Below, piece after piece: positions 60,535 through 64,000 of a DNA stretch of 64,000 nt. Below the pieces are notes generated by a model, which saw nothing but the letters and a program-made list of their open reading frames with translations, was not told the DNA's origin and ran no database searches. The stretch's first letter is position 1; every line of letters starts with the position of its first letter. This stretch comes from an uncultured bacterium (GTDB lineage Bacteria > Chloroflexota > UBA5177 > JANWHV01). Where the stretch lies: positions 1,056,001 to 1,120,000 of the forward strand of contig CAWHAE010000016.1 in the NCBI GenBank assembly GCA_963827235.1, given 5' to 3'. A program made the translations under genes and the position numbers.

Positions 60535-61779
60535 ATGATGGACGGTACGGTCGACCAATTGCAGACGCTCGACCAGTTGTTGGTGACGGAGGACTTCATC
60601 AGGGAGCCGTACCCGACACTGGATCGCCTCCGCGAGACAGACCCCGTGCACTGGAGCGATTCGATTGGCGGTTGGGTGCTCACGCGCTACGACGACGTGG
60701 TGGTGACCTTTATGGACGTGGCGTCCTATTCCAACGAAGGGCGTCTCGGGCGTGCGGCCGCCTATCTCCCACCCGCATCCCGTGCCAAGCTGCGCGCGTT
60801 CGAGGAGCACTACCGTACCAAAGGGCTGCTGCACTCCGATCCCCCGGACCATACACGTCTGCGCAAGCTGGTTCAGTCCGTGTTCTCCCCTCGGGCCATC
60901 GAGGCGATGCGCCCACAGATCCAGCAGATTGTTGACGACCTGATCGATCGCGTCGCACCTGCAGGCAGCATGGAGGTGATCACGGATCTTGCTTTCGCGG
61001 TGCCGGTGAGGGTGCTCGCCGGCCTGCTCGGCGTTCCGACCGCCGATGGTCTGCTCTTCAGGGACTGGGCCGACCGCATCCTGGCCTTTCAAGGGGTGAA
61101 CAAGCCACGTGAGGCAACGCTGCTTACTGCTCAACAGGCGCTGCTCGAGGTGCGCGCCTATCTGACCGCCCTGGTGGAGCACAGGCGCCGTGACCCCGCC
61201 GGTGACTTGATCAGTCGTCTGGCGACCGAAAGCGTAGAGGGCGACGCACTCTCCGACGCGGAAATAATCAACACGGGCATCACGCTGCTCGTAGCCGGGC
61301 ACGAAACCACTACCTCGTTGATCGGCAACGGCCTCTTGACGCTGCTCCAACATCCAGGACAATGGCAGATGCTCGTACAGGATCGCTCGCTTGTCACGCC
61401 AGCGATCGAGGAGATCCTTCGCTTTGAGAGTCCTGTCGCCCGCCAACCCCGGCTCATGAGGCGGGATGCCGAACTGTGTGGTCACACGCTCCGTGCGGGG
61501 CAAATGGTGTTCCAGATGCTCAATGCCGCCAACCGCGACCCAGCACAGTTCCTTGACCCCGCAGGGTTCGATATCCTCCGCGCACCCAACCGGCACCTTG
61601 CTTTCGGCCGGGGCATCCATTTCTGCATCGGCGCGCCCCTTTCCCGCACGGAAGGGCAGATCGTCTTCCAGACTATTCTCGATCGGCTTCCCAGAATACG
61701 GCTGGCAGACACTGCGCCGGATTGGGACGTGCAGAAGCCAAATTCGCGCGTGCTCAAGACACTCCACGTAACATTCTGA
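60535..61779 (+). CDS. Cytochrome P450
   Basis: 'DPPDHTRLR', I-helix 'AGHETT', 'EILR', heme motif 'FGRGIHFCIG'. Confidence 0.95.
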   Translation: MMDGTVDQLQTLDQLLVTEDFIREPYPTLDRLRETDPVHWSDSIGGWVLTRYDDVVVTFMDVASYSNEGRLGRAAAYLPPASRAKLRAFEEHYRTKGLLHSDPPDHTRLRKLVQSVFSPRAIEAMRPQIQQIVDDLIDRVAPAGSMEVITDLAFAVPVRVLAGLLGVPTADGLLFRDWADRILAFQGVNKPREATLLTAQQALLEVRAYLTALVEHRRRDPAGDLISRLATESVEGDALSDAEIINTGITLLVAGHETTTSLIGNGLLTLLQHPGQWQMLVQDRSLVTPAIEEILRFESPVARQPRLMRRDAELCGHTLRAGQMVFQMLNAANRDPAQFLDPAGFDILRAPNRHLAFGRGIHFCIGAPLSRTEGQIVFQTILDRLPRIRLADTAPDWDVQKPNSRVLKTLHVTF

Positions 61780-61957
61780 GCAATCCTGGTCTTGAAGCCG
61801 ATTTCAACAGAGCTCTTGCACAAACTGCCACACCGAAGTTGCGCGCAGGCAACCGGCTTAGCGACCTCAAGTAAGCGCGCGAGCGGCCTCAAGTTTGTGA
61901 CTTGGGCCCACAGTCGGAATGCCGTGTTCCTGCCGGCGGAGGGCATCCGCCACATCC

Positions 61958-62920
61958 TCACGGTGCGATCGCCTGCGCCTCCTGGACTTCGCCCGTGATG
62001 GCTGCCCGCAGGCGCTCAATGTCCCGCGCGGGCGAGGTGCCGAAGTACTTTTTGTAGTCGCGGCTGAAGTATGAGGCATCGTGGTAGCCGACCCGCAGCC
62101 CGGCGCTGGTGACGTCGAGGTGCTCACCTACCATGAGACGCCGTGCCTCGCGCAGCCGCAGCTCCTTCTGGAACTGCAGGGGGCTCAGGTCCGTGATGGC
62201 CCTGAAGTGGTCGTGAAAGCCCGACGGGCTCATCCCCAACTCCCGCGCGAGGTCGTCGATACGCAGAGGCCGGTCGAACTCCTTACGCAACCGATCAACG
62301 GCTTGGGCGATGCGGTGAGCATGGCCGCCGAGCAGCGGCAGGTGCCGCAGCCGGTTGCTCTGCTCACCCAGCAGCAACCGAAAGACGATCTCGCGCTTGA
62401 CGAGCGGCGCGAGCACCCGTGCCTCTCCAGGCTTGTCGATCAGCCGCACGAGCCGCAGCGTGGCGTCGAAGAGGTCGTCATCGATGGCGCTCACGGCGAG
62501 GGCCTTGGCGTCTGTCTGGCTGCGCGGCGCGGGCAGACCTGCCTCGACCATCACCGAGCCCACCAGCGCTGGATCGAGGTCCACGCGCACGCTCAAGTAG
62601 GGTCGTTCCCCGGAGGCCGCGGCGACGTAGGAGGTAATGGGGAGCTCGACCGTCGTCAGCAGATAGTGCTCCGTGTCGTAGCGGTAGGTTCGGTCGCCAA
62701 GGGAGATCTCCTTACTCCCCTGGGCGACCACGCAGAACGATGGGATGGAGACGCCGCGGAGCCGCTCGCTGGCCCGGGACACCCGGTTCACGTGCAGCCC
62801 GGGCAGAGGCTCCACGAGGCCATCCTTGGGATTGGCGGCGCTCACGCGCTGGACCAGTTCCTCCCGGTTTGCCCGCACGCGTAACGCCGTCTGCTCGTGC
62901 AGCGGCTCCATCTCGATCAT
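61958..62920 (-). CDS. AraC family regulator (AraC_N/YqhC-like)
   Basis: 'VVAQGSKE', 'GMSPSGFHDHF', 'SPLQFQKELRL', 'FSRDYKKYFG'. Confidence 0.92.
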   Translation of the reverse strand: MIEMEPLHEQTALRVRANREELVQRVSAANPKDGLVEPLPGLHVNRVSRASERLRGVSIPSFCVVAQGSKEISLGDRTYRYDTEHYLLTTVELPITSYVAAASGERPYLSVRVDLDPALVGSVMVEAGLPAPRSQTDAKALAVSAIDDDLFDATLRLVRLIDKPGEARVLAPLVKREIVFRLLLGEQSNRLRHLPLLGGHAHRIAQAVDRLRKEFDRPLRIDDLARELGMSPSGFHDHFRAITDLSPLQFQKELRLREARRLMVGEHLDVTSAGLRVGYHDASYFSRDYKKYFGTSPARDIERLRAAITGEVQEAQAIAP

Positions 62921-63212
62921 GGGCTATCCTCCAGCGTCGCCCCGTGGAACTCTGGAGGATAATACATGGTTCCTGGACTAACGTCCATGCCACTCGCTCA
63001 CTGGAGTTGTAGCTTGAACTTGTTGGCGGAAGGACCGGCCAGCCTGGCGCCATTGAGGCCTGGGCCTTCGTGGCAGACACAGATCGTTTCAGCCAGCGCG
63101 TATGGCACCACGCAGCGAGAGCGGCCGCATCCGCTTGGATGCGCTGGCAGCGGCCGGCGATACGTTCTCGATGACTGTCGAGTACAGCGACGCAGCGGAA
63201 AGGATGAACACC

Positions 63213-63538
63213 ATGGCAGCAGACAAGGAACCGTCAGGTGCTGAGAAGATGTTCGGGAACTTTGCTCCAGCGCTGGTCCATTTCACCAACGACGTCCTGT
63301 TCGGGCAGGTCTGGCCGAGCCACGAACTCTCGCAAAGGATCGCAGCTTCGTGACAGTGGCAAGCCTGGTGACGAGCGGCAGCACTGAGCAGCTTGTCTTC
63401 CATCTTGGTCTGGCCAAGGAGAATGGCGCCAGCGAGCAAGAACTGATCGAGGTCATCACACACTTGGCGTTCTACGCCGGCTGGCCGAAGGCCATGTCCG
63501 CGATGACTGTCGCCAAGCGAGTATTCCGCGGCAGCTAA
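63213..63538 (+). pseudogene. Carboxymuconolactone decarboxylase family protein, 1-nt frameshift
   Basis: 'NDVLFGQVW..ELS' then a shift near 63332 to 'KDRSFVTVASL...EQLVFHL...HLAFYAGWP'. Confidence 0.8.
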
Positions 63539-63593
63539 CAAGACGCTCGCCCTGCAGCGAGGCTGAGCATCACATACGTAAGGATGGAATACC

Positions 63594-64000
63594 ATGCGAG
63601 GAACCGTCATCTACGCCCCCAGGGACGTGCGCTTGGAGCAGCGCCCCGACCCGACGATCATCGAGCCGACCGACGCCATCATCCGCATCACGGCGTCCTG
63701 TGTGTGCGGGTCTGACCTGTGGACCTATCGCGGCATCAATCCTGTGAGCCGTCCCACGCCGATGGGGCACGAGTACTGCGGCATCGTGGAGGAGGTCGGC
63801 AGCAACGTCACGAAGGTCAGGCCTGGCCAGTTCGTCATCGGGTCGTTCTTCACTTCGGATAACACTTGCCCCATCTGCCGGGCCGGCTACCACAGCTCCT
63901 GCCAGCATCGCGTGGCGATCTCCGAGGCTCAAGCCGAACGGTTGCGGGTTCCGCAGGCCGACGGCACCTTGGTGGCCACACCCGGTGTTCCCCCGAACGA
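63594..64000 (+). CDS. Zinc-dependent alcohol dehydrogenase, 3' truncated by window edge
   Basis: Hand translation: 'MRGTVIYAPRDVRLE...CVCGSDLW...MGHEYCGIVEEVG'. Confidence 0.92.
   Translation, partial: MRGTVIYAPRDVRLEQRPDPTIIEPTDAIIRITASCVCGSDLWTYRGINPVSRPTPMGHEYCGIVEEVGSNVTKVRPGQFVIGSFFTSDNTCPICRAGYHSSCQHRVAISEAQAERLRVPQADGTLVATPGVPPN

Noticed and set aside
1-64000. CRISPR arrays, tRNA, rRNA, prophage
   Set aside because: No regularly spaced repeats, cloverleaf or rRNA signatures, or phage genes recognised by eye.

Overview
GC-rich bacterial window. Several protein families (the Eis-like GNAT, the rve integrase relic, the sensor kinase) resemble those of Chloroflexota; this is inference only. 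Four blocks are present. (1) 1-4.7 kb: lactonase tail, a Met/His-rich secreted protein, an OmpR-type two-component pair preceded by a TACAnnTGTA palindrome, an ABM monooxygenase and a P-loop kinase pseudogene. (2) 4.8-26.3 kb: a surface-glycan locus combining two cobalamin-dependent radical SAM enzymes plus a relic of a third, three SAM methyltransferases, a nucleotidyltransferase-like protein, two GT4s, three GT-C/O-antigen-ligase-like membrane proteins and two exported clan-A glycoside hydrolases. This is the best candidate for an undescribed system. (3) 26.4-28.9 kb: an ECF sigma/anti-sigma pair between two IS relics. (4) 29.2-61.8 kb: a carbohydrate-catabolic island with GntR/FCD, GH2, four GH36 plus one fragment in two mirrored divergent pairs, a sugar ABC system with two permease pairs, a kinase, a DHDPS-family lyase, two dehydrogenases and a P450. 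A tandem heptamer motif (RTNNACA repeats) recurs in seven intergenic positions in this block. The window ends with AraC, a frameshifted CMD gene and a partial Zn-ADH. About ten genes are broken (nonsense, single-base deletions, internal deletions). No rRNA, tRNA or CRISPR array was seen. All family calls come from motif recognition by eye, not database searches.
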